Below are positions 1 to 9,000 of a stretch of 13,959 bases of DNA, piece after piece. The translations under genes were made by a program, and so were the position numbers. The stretch spans positions 1 to 13,959 of the forward strand of contig JAWADS010000011.1 of NCBI GenBank assembly GCA_038998625.1. The letters run 5' to 3'. Under the pieces are notes generated by a model. The model was not told where the DNA came from. It worked only from the letters and a program-made list of their open reading frames with translations, and searched no databases. Numbering within the stretch: the stretch's first letter is position 1; each line of letters opens with the position of its first letter. Source of the DNA: Candidatus Aenigmatarchaeota archaeon. GTDB taxonomy: Archaea > Aenigmatarchaeota > Aenigmatarchaeia > CG10238-14 > SCSR01.

Positions 1-1
1 A

Positions 2-562
2 GAAAAAATTTACTTTGGTTTGGAAAAAATAACTGATAAAAGGGAAATAATAAATTCAAAACGATTATTTGAATTTGTCTATTTTCTAAAACCTCCTAAA
101 AAACCTTCCATACATGTTAATTATTCTACTTGGTTAGAAATTGCCAAAGTTTTACCAGAAAAAAACCAAATAGAATTTGCTGTTAAAAAATTAATAGAAT
201 ATGGTTATTTAAAAAAGCCAAATCAAAAAATAAAAAAAATTGTTGAAAGAAATCTTAATTTTGCAAAAAAATGGATCGAAGATTTTATAAAAACTGGTTT
301 AATTGAAAAAGTAAGCCTTGAAGAAAAAATGAAAATCGCAATAAAAGAATTAATAGAAGCTATAAATAAATCAACTCAGGGGGAAGAATTACAAAAAGAA
401 ATTTTTGAAATAGCAAGAAAGCATAACATCAATCCACCCATATTTTTCAAAACCATTTATCAAATCCTTATTAAAAGTAAAGAGGGCCCTAGATTAGGGC
501 CTTATATTTTTGAAATGGGAAAAGAAGAAGCTATAAATAGATTAAAAGAAGCTATAAAATAA
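2..562 (+). CDS. lysS: Class I lysyl-tRNA synthetase, C-terminal part (5'-truncated by the window)
   Basis: The frame is open from base 2 (EKIYFGLEK...), so the TTG at 20 is not the real start. C-terminal FFKTIYQILIKSKEGPRLGPYIFEMGKEEAINRL matches the GPRLG anticodon-binding domain of class I LysRS. Confidence 0.92.
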   Translation, partial: EKIYFGLEKITDKREIINSKRLFEFVYFLKPPKKPSIHVNYSTWLEIAKVLPEKNQIEFAVKKLIEYGYLKKPNQKIKKIVERNLNFAKKWIEDFIKTGLIEKVSLEEKMKIAIKELIEAINKSTQGEELQKEIFEIARKHNINPPIFFKTIYQILIKSKEGPRLGPYIFEMGKEEAINRLKEAIK

Positions 563-563
563 T

Positions 564-1283
564 ATGCCAACTAAAAAGCTTTTTTGGGAAGATGCTTATC
601 TAAAAGAATTTGATGCAAAAGTTTTGGAAATACAAGACAATAAAATTATTCTGGACCAAACATGCTTTTATGCCAATTCTGGTGGGCAAATAGCAGATAC
701 TGGAAAAATAAATGGTATAAAAGTTCTAGACTCTGTTTATGATGAAAATGAAAATATAGTTCATGTTTTAGAAAATGAGCCTGATTTTCAAGTTGGGGAT
801 ATAGTTCATGGAAAAATTGATTGGGAGAGAAGATACAACATAATGAAATTACATACTTCGGCCCACATCATTTCTGCTGTTTTAGTTAAAAATTTTGGAA
901 AGGTTTTGTTTACTGGTAGTCAAATTTATCCAGATAGAGCGAGGATGGATTTTAATATAGAAAAGTTAGATGAGCAAACTGCAAGATTCATAGAAGAAAA
1001 AGCCAATGAAATTGTGAAAATGAATCTTCCAATATTTACTAGAATTATAACAAAAGAGGAGTTAGAATCAAATCCAAATTTATTAAGGCTAGCTGATGTC
1101 TCCCACTATGAAAAATTTAAAGTTTTGAGGGTTGTGGAAATAAAAGATTTAGATGCCCAGCTAGATGGAGGTACTCATGTGAAATCTACTGGAGAAATTG
1201 GAAGGATAAAAATAATTAAAAGGGAAAATAAAGGTAAAAATAATCGTAGAATTACTATAATTGTAGAGGAAAATGTTTTATGA
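564..1283 (+). CDS. alaX: Free-standing alanyl-tRNA editing protein (AlaX-M type)
   Basis: N-terminal LDQTCFYANSGGQIADTG, HxxxH (KLHTSAH) and C-terminal xGGTHVKSTGEIG (here DGGTH). The 239-aa length fits AlaX-M. Confidence 0.92.
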   Translation: MPTKKLFWEDAYLKEFDAKVLEIQDNKIILDQTCFYANSGGQIADTGKINGIKVLDSVYDENENIVHVLENEPDFQVGDIVHGKIDWERRYNIMKLHTSAHIISAVLVKNFGKVLFTGSQIYPDRARMDFNIEKLDEQTARFIEEKANEIVKMNLPIFTRIITKEELESNPNLLRLADVSHYEKFKVLRVVEIKDLDAQLDGGTHVKSTGEIGRIKIIKRENKGKNNRRITIIVEENVL

Positions 1284-2304
1284 ACCAAAGATTTTTAAAA
1301 ATGAAGAAGCTTTATCTTTTGAATATCTCCCAGAAATTTTACCCCATAGGGAAAATCAAATACAATTAATCGCAAAAAATATTGAGCCTGTTGCTAGAAA
1401 AAGAAAGCCACAAAACACTTTTATTTTTGGCCCTCCAGGAATAGGAAAAACTGCTGTTACAAAATTTGTTTTTAGAGAATTTGAAGAAAATTATTCCAAT
1501 GCAAAAACCATTTACATAAATTGCTGGAGCTACAATACTAGCATTGCCATCCTTTCAAAAATTTGTGAAGATTTGCAAATATATGTGCAAAGAAGGGGAT
1601 GGGCTAAGGATGAAATTCTAAAGAGACTGATAGAAGCTTTGAATAAGAGCGATAAAGGAATTGTAGTAGCTTTAGATGAGGTTGATCAATTAATCTTTAA
1701 GGATAGTAATGCATTATATGACTTGCTAAGAATTAATCAATATGTTAAAAATCCTTTTGGATTAATTTTTATTTCAAATAATCCTTTCATTTTTTCAAAA
1801 GTTGAGCCGAGAATAAAAAGCAGTTTAGCTATAGAAGAAATTGAATTTAAGCCTTATAATTTGGAGGAAATGAAAGACATTTTGGAAGAAAGGGCAAAAT
1901 TAGCTTTTTACGCTTTTGAAAATGGTGTAATACTGTTAGCTTCAAATCATGCTATGAGGAAAGGTGGGGATGTTAGAGTTGGGTTAGAAGTTTTAATGAA
2001 GGCTGGAAGAATTGCTGAAGAGGAAAAAGAAAACAAAGTTAAAGTAGAGCATGCGAAAAAAATTTTGGAAGAAGTAACAAAAGTCAAGCCGAAAATTTTG
2101 GAGGAAAAATTGAATGAACATGAAAAGAAAATTTTGGAAATTTTGGAGGAAAAAGAACTAAGCTTTAGAGAATTATACTTAAAATATTCGCAATCCATAG
2201 ATAATCCCGTTACTGAAAGAATGCTAAGAAATTATCTGAAACATTTACAAGAAATAAATTTAATAAAAATTTTGAAAACAAAAGGATTGGTGAAAAAATA
2301 TTAA
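1273..2304 (+). CDS. cdc6: Orc1/Cdc6 family AAA+ replication initiator
   Basis: YLPEILPHRE N-terminal motif, Walker A GPPGIGKT, YINC, Walker B VVALDEVD, FKPYN, sensor-2 GDVR, and a short C-terminal winged-helix-like region. Overlaps alaX by 11 nt. Confidence 0.93.
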   Translation: MFYEPKIFKNEEALSFEYLPEILPHRENQIQLIAKNIEPVARKRKPQNTFIFGPPGIGKTAVTKFVFREFEENYSNAKTIYINCWSYNTSIAILSKICEDLQIYVQRRGWAKDEILKRLIEALNKSDKGIVVALDEVDQLIFKDSNALYDLLRINQYVKNPFGLIFISNNPFIFSKVEPRIKSSLAIEEIEFKPYNLEEMKDILEERAKLAFYAFENGVILLASNHAMRKGGDVRVGLEVLMKAGRIAEEEKENKVKVEHAKKILEEVTKVKPKILEEKLNEHEKKILEILEEKELSFRELYLKYSQSIDNPVTERMLRNYLKHLQEINLIKILKTKGLVKKY

Positions 2305-2327
2305 ATTTTAAAAATTAAATATGATTT

Positions 2328-3509
2328 GTGCCTCTGCCAGAATCAATGGCAGAATTGAGGGAAATTAATTCTGTTCTTAAAAAAATTGAGTTTGAATTAA
2401 ATAAGCCTATAGATTCCCTCTACCTACTTAAACATGAATTAGAAAATGAATTATTAAGACTTAAAGAAATAATAAAGGAAGAGCCTTACAAAAAAATAAT
2501 AAATAGTAGTTTGTCGGAAATATTGGAGTTTGGGTATAGTAATCATCTACATGATAGACTTCAACGCTTATACCATTTATTGGGTTCTTATAGAACACTA
2601 AAATTTTACGAAATAAGATACAATGTTTTTTCGAATTTACCTTGGGAAACTATAGAACATATTGACAATAACGTTGAATTTTTCTCGAAAGAAAAAGTCG
2701 AGAAATATTTTAATAAACTATCGAAATTAAAAGAGGATATAGAAAATTTAGCAACTCAAATAATGCAAGCGGCAGAAATAAAAAGAAAGAAATCTACTTT
2801 GAAAATTATCTTGGAAGTAATTTGGAAAATGATTCTCAAAGAAGAATTGAAACAGATACAACGAGAAGAACGTAATAAACTACTAGAGTATCTATATGGA
2901 CTAAAAAAAGAAGAAACAAGAGAATTTGCGAATTTTATTGAAGAAACAAAAACAAGAATAGATGAAAATAACTCTCTTTTGCCTTTTACCGTGCTATTTC
3001 CTGAACTTGAAGATTTTTTAATTGATGCAAAGAGGCTGACAGCACATCCGGCTTACCAAGATTTGGAAAATTATCAAAAACTATTTCAATATTTATTAAA
3101 ATTTAATGAAAGTTACAGGAGATTTAAAAAAATTTTCCCAACAAAGCCTATGCTCATAACCGAAATTAAAACTGAAAAACCAATTGAAAAAATTCCTGCG
3201 TCTGAAATTGATAAAATTCCTATAGTAGATAAAGGAACTTTAAAGTCGATTAGTTTAAAATTATCTTATGGGCTAACTTCTGGACAACCTAATAGTTATT
3301 TCATTGAAGTATTAGAAAAATTAAACAATACTTTATTTAATTTACATCCTTTTTTACAAGATGAGCCAACAAGAGGAAAACTAAAACTTATAACTGAATT
3401 GTCTAAAATGTGTTATAACCTGTTAAATGAACAGAAATTGAATGAACGACCAAGGGAAGAGATTCAAGAGTACCTAAATGATCTATTAATTAGATTACAT
3501 ATTTTTTAA
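2328..3509 (+). CDS. Hypothetical protein rich in Lys/Glu/Leu, probably helical
   Basis: 393-codon ORF (GTG at 2328, alternative ATG at 2345) filling the gap between cdc6 and the convergent HAD gene. No motif recognised. Confidence 0.75.
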   Translation: MPLPESMAELREINSVLKKIEFELNKPIDSLYLLKHELENELLRLKEIIKEEPYKKIINSSLSEILEFGYSNHLHDRLQRLYHLLGSYRTLKFYEIRYNVFSNLPWETIEHIDNNVEFFSKEKVEKYFNKLSKLKEDIENLATQIMQAAEIKRKKSTLKIILEVIWKMILKEELKQIQREERNKLLEYLYGLKKEETREFANFIEETKTRIDENNSLLPFTVLFPELEDFLIDAKRLTAHPAYQDLENYQKLFQYLLKFNESYRRFKKIFPTKPMLITEIKTEKPIEKIPASEIDKIPIVDKGTLKSISLKLSYGLTSGQPNSYFIEVLEKLNNTLFNLHPFLQDEPTRGKLKLITELSKMCYNLLNEQKLNERPREEIQEYLNDLLIRLHIF

Positions 3510-4591
3510 ATCAAAAGCTCTGTATATTTATTAATTAAATGAAGAATTTTGTCTCTTTTACTTGAATCATCAGATATAAACAATTCTAAAACAAGATCTT
3601 TTATTCCTGAATAGTTTTCTGGAAAGAAAGGCTTAAGTAATTTTAATAATTGATAAATTAACTCACAAAATCTTGCTGTTTCTACCTTTTTCTGTAATTC
3701 TTTTTCTATACTTAATATTTTCTGCATCTCATCCTCCGATTTCGTTAATGACAAAAGAAACCATCTCTCAAGCCTTAAAACTAAAGGCCAAAGTTTAGTA
3801 AAATCTTCTCTTAATTGTGGGTAAATTAAAGCATAACTTGAAAGCTTTTCTTTCAAACCAGCTGTTTTTTCGAAATCAACTAATATTATTGGATTAATTC
3901 CTCCATTAATAAGGTAAGAAATGTTTTGGACTGGATCATCTTCTATAACTATGTTGAAGCTCGGTTTGAAAGAATATTTATTCAATATTCTTTCCTTTCT
4001 AACTTTTTTCTCTGCATCTACATTTAATTTAATATCTTTAAATCTTCCATAATCATCAAAAATTATATAGCTTCCTTCAGCAAATTCTTTTGGTATTCCT
4101 AGCTTTTCTGCGGCCAATTTTGCAACTAAGTCTGGTGTTCCTGTATCAAGCATTATAAAGTAACCATATTTATGAGGATTCTTTAAAGCTTCTTTTACTC
4201 CTCTATACCATTCACCATTATCGACAGCATAATAAGCTGACGCTTCATACTGTTTTAAATTAAAATCACTTTTAGTGAAAATGTCATGAATAAGTTGAAT
4301 TCCTTTTAAAATATTGTTTTCCTGTAAAAGTTTTAGTCCTTCAAATAGTTCCCTTTCATATTCTTTCATTTGTGAATTTACTTCCATCAAACCTTCTATC
4401 CATTTAGCAGTTAAATTTGGAGAAATAGTCCCATCGACATCTAGAATTAAACATTTTAATGGTTTTTGTGGGGGGTAGTTATCAGTTAGAAAATATTGGC
4501 GTGAACGTTGATAATAAAAATAAAATTCTGTTCGAGGCTCAAATTCCTTTATAACCCTATTTAAAAAAATTTGATAAGGGTCTATACTCAT
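3506..4591 (-). CDS. HAD-superfamily hydrolase (phosphoserine-phosphatase-like, divergent)
   Basis: Motif I LILDVDGTIS (DxDGT), motif II-like MLDTGTP followed by VAKLAAEKLGI, and acidic motif IV-like IVIEDD. Extensions at both ends. Confidence 0.78.
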   Translation of the reverse strand: MSIDPYQIFLNRVIKEFEPRTEFYFYYQRSRQYFLTDNYPPQKPLKCLILDVDGTISPNLTAKWIEGLMEVNSQMKEYERELFEGLKLLQENNILKGIQLIHDIFTKSDFNLKQYEASAYYAVDNGEWYRGVKEALKNPHKYGYFIMLDTGTPDLVAKLAAEKLGIPKEFAEGSYIIFDDYGRFKDIKLNVDAEKKVRKERILNKYSFKPSFNIVIEDDPVQNISYLINGGINPIILVDFEKTAGLKEKLSSYALIYPQLREDFTKLWPLVLRLERWFLLSLTKSEDEMQKILSIEKELQKKVETARFCELIYQLLKLLKPFFPENYSGIKDLVLELFISDDSSKRDKILHLINKYTELLI

Positions 4592-4600
4592 AATTAAAAT

Positions 4601-5464
4601 ATGGAAAAAGAAACTTTAGAGAATTTTGAAAAAGCAAAAGAAATTTATAAAAAAATAGAAAATTTTGCTAAACCACTAATTAAGCCTGGAGTAAAAATTT
4701 TAGATATTGCAGAGCAAATTGAAAATAAAATTAAAGAGCTTGGAGGCAAACCTGCTTTTCCTGTAAACATTTCCATCGACGATATAGCCGCCCACTATAC
4801 GCCCGATGTAAATGAAAATACAATTCTAAAAGAAAAAAATTTGGTAAAAATAGATATTGGAGTTCATGTAAATGGCTGGATATATGATGGAGCATTTTCA
4901 GTTTTTGTGGGAGAAAAGACTCATCCTTTAATTGAAGCGGCTAAAAAAGCTGTGGAAGCTGGAACACGAGAAGCTAAAGCCGGAGTAAAGATATGTGATG
5001 TTTCAGAAGTAATTGAAAATGTAGTAAAGGAATTTGGTTTTAATGTAATAAGAAATTTATCTGGCCATAGGTTAGATAGGTTTAACTTGCATGCAGAACC
5101 TTCCATACCAAATAATAAAAATAAAATTGATATTGAATTGGAAAAAAACTGGATAATTGCCATAGAAGTTTTTACTACAGCTGGCGCAGGATGGGTTAAA
5201 GATTCTAGACCTATTTTAATTTTTCAATATTTGCAAGATAAAGCTACGAGAATGCATGAAGCTAGGAAAATTTTGGAAATGAGTAAAAAAGATTTTGAAA
5301 CTTTGCCCTTTACTAAAAGATGGATAAAAAATATTTCACTATTAAAAATGGATTTAGCCTTAAACCAACTTTTAGAATTAGAAGCTATACAAGCTCATCC
5401 AATACTAAAAGAAGAGAGTGGCGCAATAGTTGCACAATGGGAAGAAAGTATAGTGGTAAAATAA
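4601..5464 (+). CDS. map: Type II methionine aminopeptidase
   Basis: PAFPVNIS, AAHYTP, KIDIGVHVNGWIYDGAFS (two Asp ligands), NLSGH, IAIEVFTT, the helical type II insert, and C-terminal VAQWEE. Confidence 0.95.
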   Translation: MEKETLENFEKAKEIYKKIENFAKPLIKPGVKILDIAEQIENKIKELGGKPAFPVNISIDDIAAHYTPDVNENTILKEKNLVKIDIGVHVNGWIYDGAFSVFVGEKTHPLIEAAKKAVEAGTREAKAGVKICDVSEVIENVVKEFGFNVIRNLSGHRLDRFNLHAEPSIPNNKNKIDIELEKNWIIAIEVFTTAGAGWVKDSRPILIFQYLQDKATRMHEARKILEMSKKDFETLPFTKRWIKNISLLKMDLALNQLLELEAIQAHPILKEESGAIVAQWEESIVVK

Positions 5465-5490
5465 ATTTTTATTATTATATAATTAATAGA

Positions 5491-5497
5491 GAGGTGA
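5491..5497 (+). promoter_or_regulatory. Shine-Dalgarno site of the 55-aa gene
   Basis: GAGGTGA lies 4 nt before the ATG at 5502 and matches the archaeal SD consensus. Confidence 0.8.
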
Positions 5498-5501
5498 AAC
5501 A

Positions 5502-5669
5502 ATGGCATATAGCTACACAAATAGCAAAGGCCAAACCTATTGGCTCCATACAAAAGGAGGAAAATTGTTTTATTTCTCAAAAGATCCTGAAGGAGCAATA
5601 GATTTGCCTGAAGGTTTTGTAGTAGTGGAAAATCCAAAAACTGGTTTGCCGATGATTAGAAAAAAATAA
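5502..5669 (+). CDS. 55-aa small protein of unknown function (not in the ORF track)
   Basis: Manual translation MAYSYTNSKGQTYWLHTKGGKLFYFSKDPEGAIDLPEGFVVVENPKTGLPMIRKK*. Strong SD, protein-like composition, fits the intergenic gap. Confidence 0.85.
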   Translation: MAYSYTNSKGQTYWLHTKGGKLFYFSKDPEGAIDLPEGFVVVENPKTGLPMIRKK

Positions 5670-5728
5670 TTTTTCAAAAAGTTCTAAAAAATAGAAAATT
5701 TAAACTTAAAAAGATGTAAATATATTTA

Positions 5729-5845
5729 ATGCATACTGTTTGTGATCATTGTTCACAACCGGCAAAAAAAGTTGGAAAACTTTTTAAAGTCGGTTATTTA
5801 TACCTTTGCAAAAATTGTAGGAAAAAGGTGAAAAAGAAGAAATAA
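5729..5845 (+). CDS. 38-aa Cys4 zinc-finger microprotein (not in the ORF track)
   Basis: Manual translation MHTVCDHCSQPAKKVGKLFKVGYLYLCKNCRKKVKKKK*. CxxC-x18-CxxC with a basic tail. Confidence 0.72.
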   Translation: MHTVCDHCSQPAKKVGKLFKVGYLYLCKNCRKKVKKKK

Positions 5846-5846
5846 T

Positions 5847-5990
5847 TTATTTGCCACCAACAGACAAAAATTTTGTTATTGAGTTAGCAAAAAGATATCC
5901 GCAGTTATTACATTTTCCTTCTGTAATTCTTAAAACCTTTCTTAAAACAGGCTTACCGCATCTAGGACAAGTTATATTTTTTGTTAGCAT
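5847..5990 (-). CDS. 47-aa CPxCG-type zinc-ribbon microprotein (not in the ORF track)
   Basis: Manual translation MLTKNITCPRCGKPVLRKVLRITEGKCNNCGYLFANSITKFLSVGGK*. CPRCG-x14-CNNCG, starting 63 nt after the polB stop on the same strand. Confidence 0.78.
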   Translation of the reverse strand: MLTKNITCPRCGKPVLRKVLRITEGKCNNCGYLFANSITKFLSVGGK

Positions 5991-6053
5991 TAATTCAAAT
6001 TTTTCCCAATAACATAAAAAGAATTCTACATTGAAAAATATATTTTCTATAAA

Positions 6054-9000
6054 TTATTTCTTAATAAACTTTACCAGTCCTTTTTGTGTTTCGCCCTGAA
6101 GAATATCTTGCTCTTTATAACCCAAAGCTTTTAAAACCCTTAAACTAGCTGGTAATATTTGATGATTTATATAATAATCTGGATCATATTGCTCCTTCTT
6201 AACTAATTCAATAGGAAAAGCCCTATCTGAAATACTTCCAGAACCTTTAGTTATTAAAAATTGAATTACTGTGCCTTCTCCTATTGGAAAACCTTTTTCT
6301 AATAATTTCATTGCAGCCTTCACATGGGGGCCAATTTGCTCATATTTAGAAAGGGGTCTCGTAATTTGTTCATAAATAATTAAATCTTCCAAATCTACCT
6401 TTCCTTCCTTCAATTTTTTTATTGTATCCCTTACCAATTGAATGGCTTTAGCTGGATTTTTTTCTTTTAAAATTATTGTTAAAACTTCCCTTTGAATTTT
6501 CTTAGCCAACTCACACCAATCCCTTCTTATAGCCTCATAGCCACGAATCTCAATATTTCCATCATAATCTATCAATGCATATCTCTTCTTTGCCCCAACT
6601 TCACCTTTTTCCCTAGTAACAAAAATTCCTCCTTCATATAAATTCCTAAATTCTATTTCAATTATTCCTGGCAATTGCTTGTTTACTTTTTCTTCAAACT
6701 TTTTTCCAATTTCCCTGAGCTCTGAAGGAGAAAGTTTTTCTGGATATCGTAACATTAAAGAATCTGTATCACCATAAATTATTTCGAAATTTTCTTTTTT
6801 TGCTAGCTCAATAACTTTTTTGATGTAAAACCTTCCAAAGGATGCTGCAGCTTCACCACATTCTCTTTTATACCATTTTGAACCCACAAAAGCAAAATAG
6901 CCATAGGTTGCGTTGGAAATTGTTTTGAGGGCAAATTGCTCATTATCTAACAACTTGTATTCCTTCGAATCTCTTTTCAATTTTTTCATTTTTTCCTTAA
7001 TCTTTTTTCTTCTTTCAATCAATTCAGCTAAATGTTTAGGTATGAATCCTTTTTCGTCGGCGCAGAAATAATATTTTTGCTCAGGAACTAAGATTTTGTT
7101 TTTGCATGGAGAATAATTAAAAGTCCATGGGTCTATGTTGTGGGTTACAATAACTGTTGGATATAAGCTTTTAAAGTCAAACATTAAAATGTCAGAATGT
7201 ATCCCCTTCTTTGGCTCTATAACTATTGCCCCTTTATATGTAGGCTCCATCCTTCTTTTTTCTATTTCTTCTGTTTTCGGTCTATTGGGAATTAAAACTT
7301 TATCTAGAAAAGCTTTCCTCATTAAAAAAGCTTCTACAAGCTGAGAATAAGTATAGCGCGAAACATCAAAAGGCAATTGCCCTGTTATTCGCGACAAAGC
7401 AAAAATTTGTGGCAACAAATATTCAGCTAATTTTAAAGTTAATTCTGAATCGTGCAAAGAATATTCTGTTAACTTTTCTAATTGCTGCTTTTTACTCCAA
7501 ATCTCCACCATTTCCTTGTATTTCATTTCCTTTTTTCCTATGCCCAACAATTCTTGAGCTACTTCATCTAAAGTTAGAACTTCACTACGCAAAGAAGGAG
7601 CTAATATGTGGGAAACAAAGTTAAACAAATCTATGTGAACTCTTCCTTTTGTTCTAGCAGAAGAAATTCTTCCTCTTCTTACGATATGCACGGGCGTAGT
7701 ATCTCTTCCTAGGTTAAGGGAAAGTCTTGCCTTTTCTGCTCTTTCTTTTATCTTTGGAATATCAAACCCATCCGAGTTATGAACTATAATATCGCTTGCA
7801 ACAAAATTGCCACTGCTAGTTGTTAAATCATATACTACTGGCACATTTTCTTCTCTTATTTCAACAATTTTATCCCAGAAAATTTCAGAGTGGATTACTT
7901 TATCTAGTTCATCTGTTTTGACTCTAAATCGTTTTCTTAACTCTTCTGCAATTTCCTTTATTTTATCTCTATGAATAGTGCTTAAATTATGTTCATAATA
8001 GTAAATTGTAGAGTGAGGCGCGCTTTTAAAATCACTGGTTTTTATTTTGTATCTCTCTCTAATTTTTTGTAATATCTTTCCCACAAATGGGGGAAGTACA
8101 TCCAAATTACCTCTTTTATCTGTAGTATCACATCTTTTTAAGAAATCTTCAATTTTTTGTTTTTTCTTCATGAATGGTAGGATAAATTGTTTTATTCTTT
8201 TTATATTGTCTCTCGATATTATAAAGTATGGACCTGTTGAATGAAGAGAAACAATAATACCGAGTCTAGTTAAAAGTTTTTTGATTTGTATTTTGGTTTT
8301 TTTATTCTTACAGGCTATGTAAAATGATTTCTGTTTTTGGGTAGTCCTACCATGAATATAACCATCACCATCGATTAGACCTGCAATAAATGCACCAATG
8401 AGTTTTTCATTAAATGAAAATATTTTTGATAACTCAATGCCACTCTTATCCTTATTCCCACATGAAATACCAATTCCTGTTAGAAAATCTTTAAGTAATG
8501 AGCATGAAACCTGTGCATGGATCATATCTTTCTGTTTTGGGTTGTTTCGGTGAATTATCACTTCTCTTACCTTTTTCCCGAACTTTTGTTCTATGATCTT
8601 TTTAAATTCTTTTATCAATTTTTTATCTGTATTTCCTAAATATAATTCATTCCTGCTTCCTTTATCGATGCTACCATCAGCTGCAACAAGACCACCTATA
8701 TACATAAGTTTCTCATCGATTTTTGGTATTCTTGTTCTATCAATTTCTCGTATTTTTCCTTTAATGTCACGCCAATTATAACCTAACAAAGGAAGTATAG
8801 TTTCCTTAACTTTCTTTAGCTGAAAGTTCTTGCATGACTTAAGGGTGTTAAAATTCATGTTAAGTTTTTTCGCTGCATTTCTATAGGTCTTAAATTTTTT
8901 GCGAATTAATTTCTTCAGCCACCTGACAAATTTCCTATCAGTTATATAGCGCGAATCTCGTACTAAGTCAATAAAATCAGGTATGTTACTTTTAACTTTA

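Noticed and set aside
1947..2198. Antisense ORF inside cdc6 (likewise 4921..5163 in map and 10603..10824 across PRTase/ogg)
   Set aside because: Shadow ORFs lying opposite well-supported genes.
2275..2304. Cdc6 C-terminus TKGLVKKY resembling the PolB PIP box QKGLVKF
   Set aside because: It lacks the Gln and the correctly placed aromatic residue; likely coincidence in Lys-rich sequence.
5320..5637. ORF-track calls 5320..5601 (+) and 5395..5637 (-)
   Set aside because: They overlap map and the SD-supported 55-aa gene in other frames and show no motifs; shadow ORFs.
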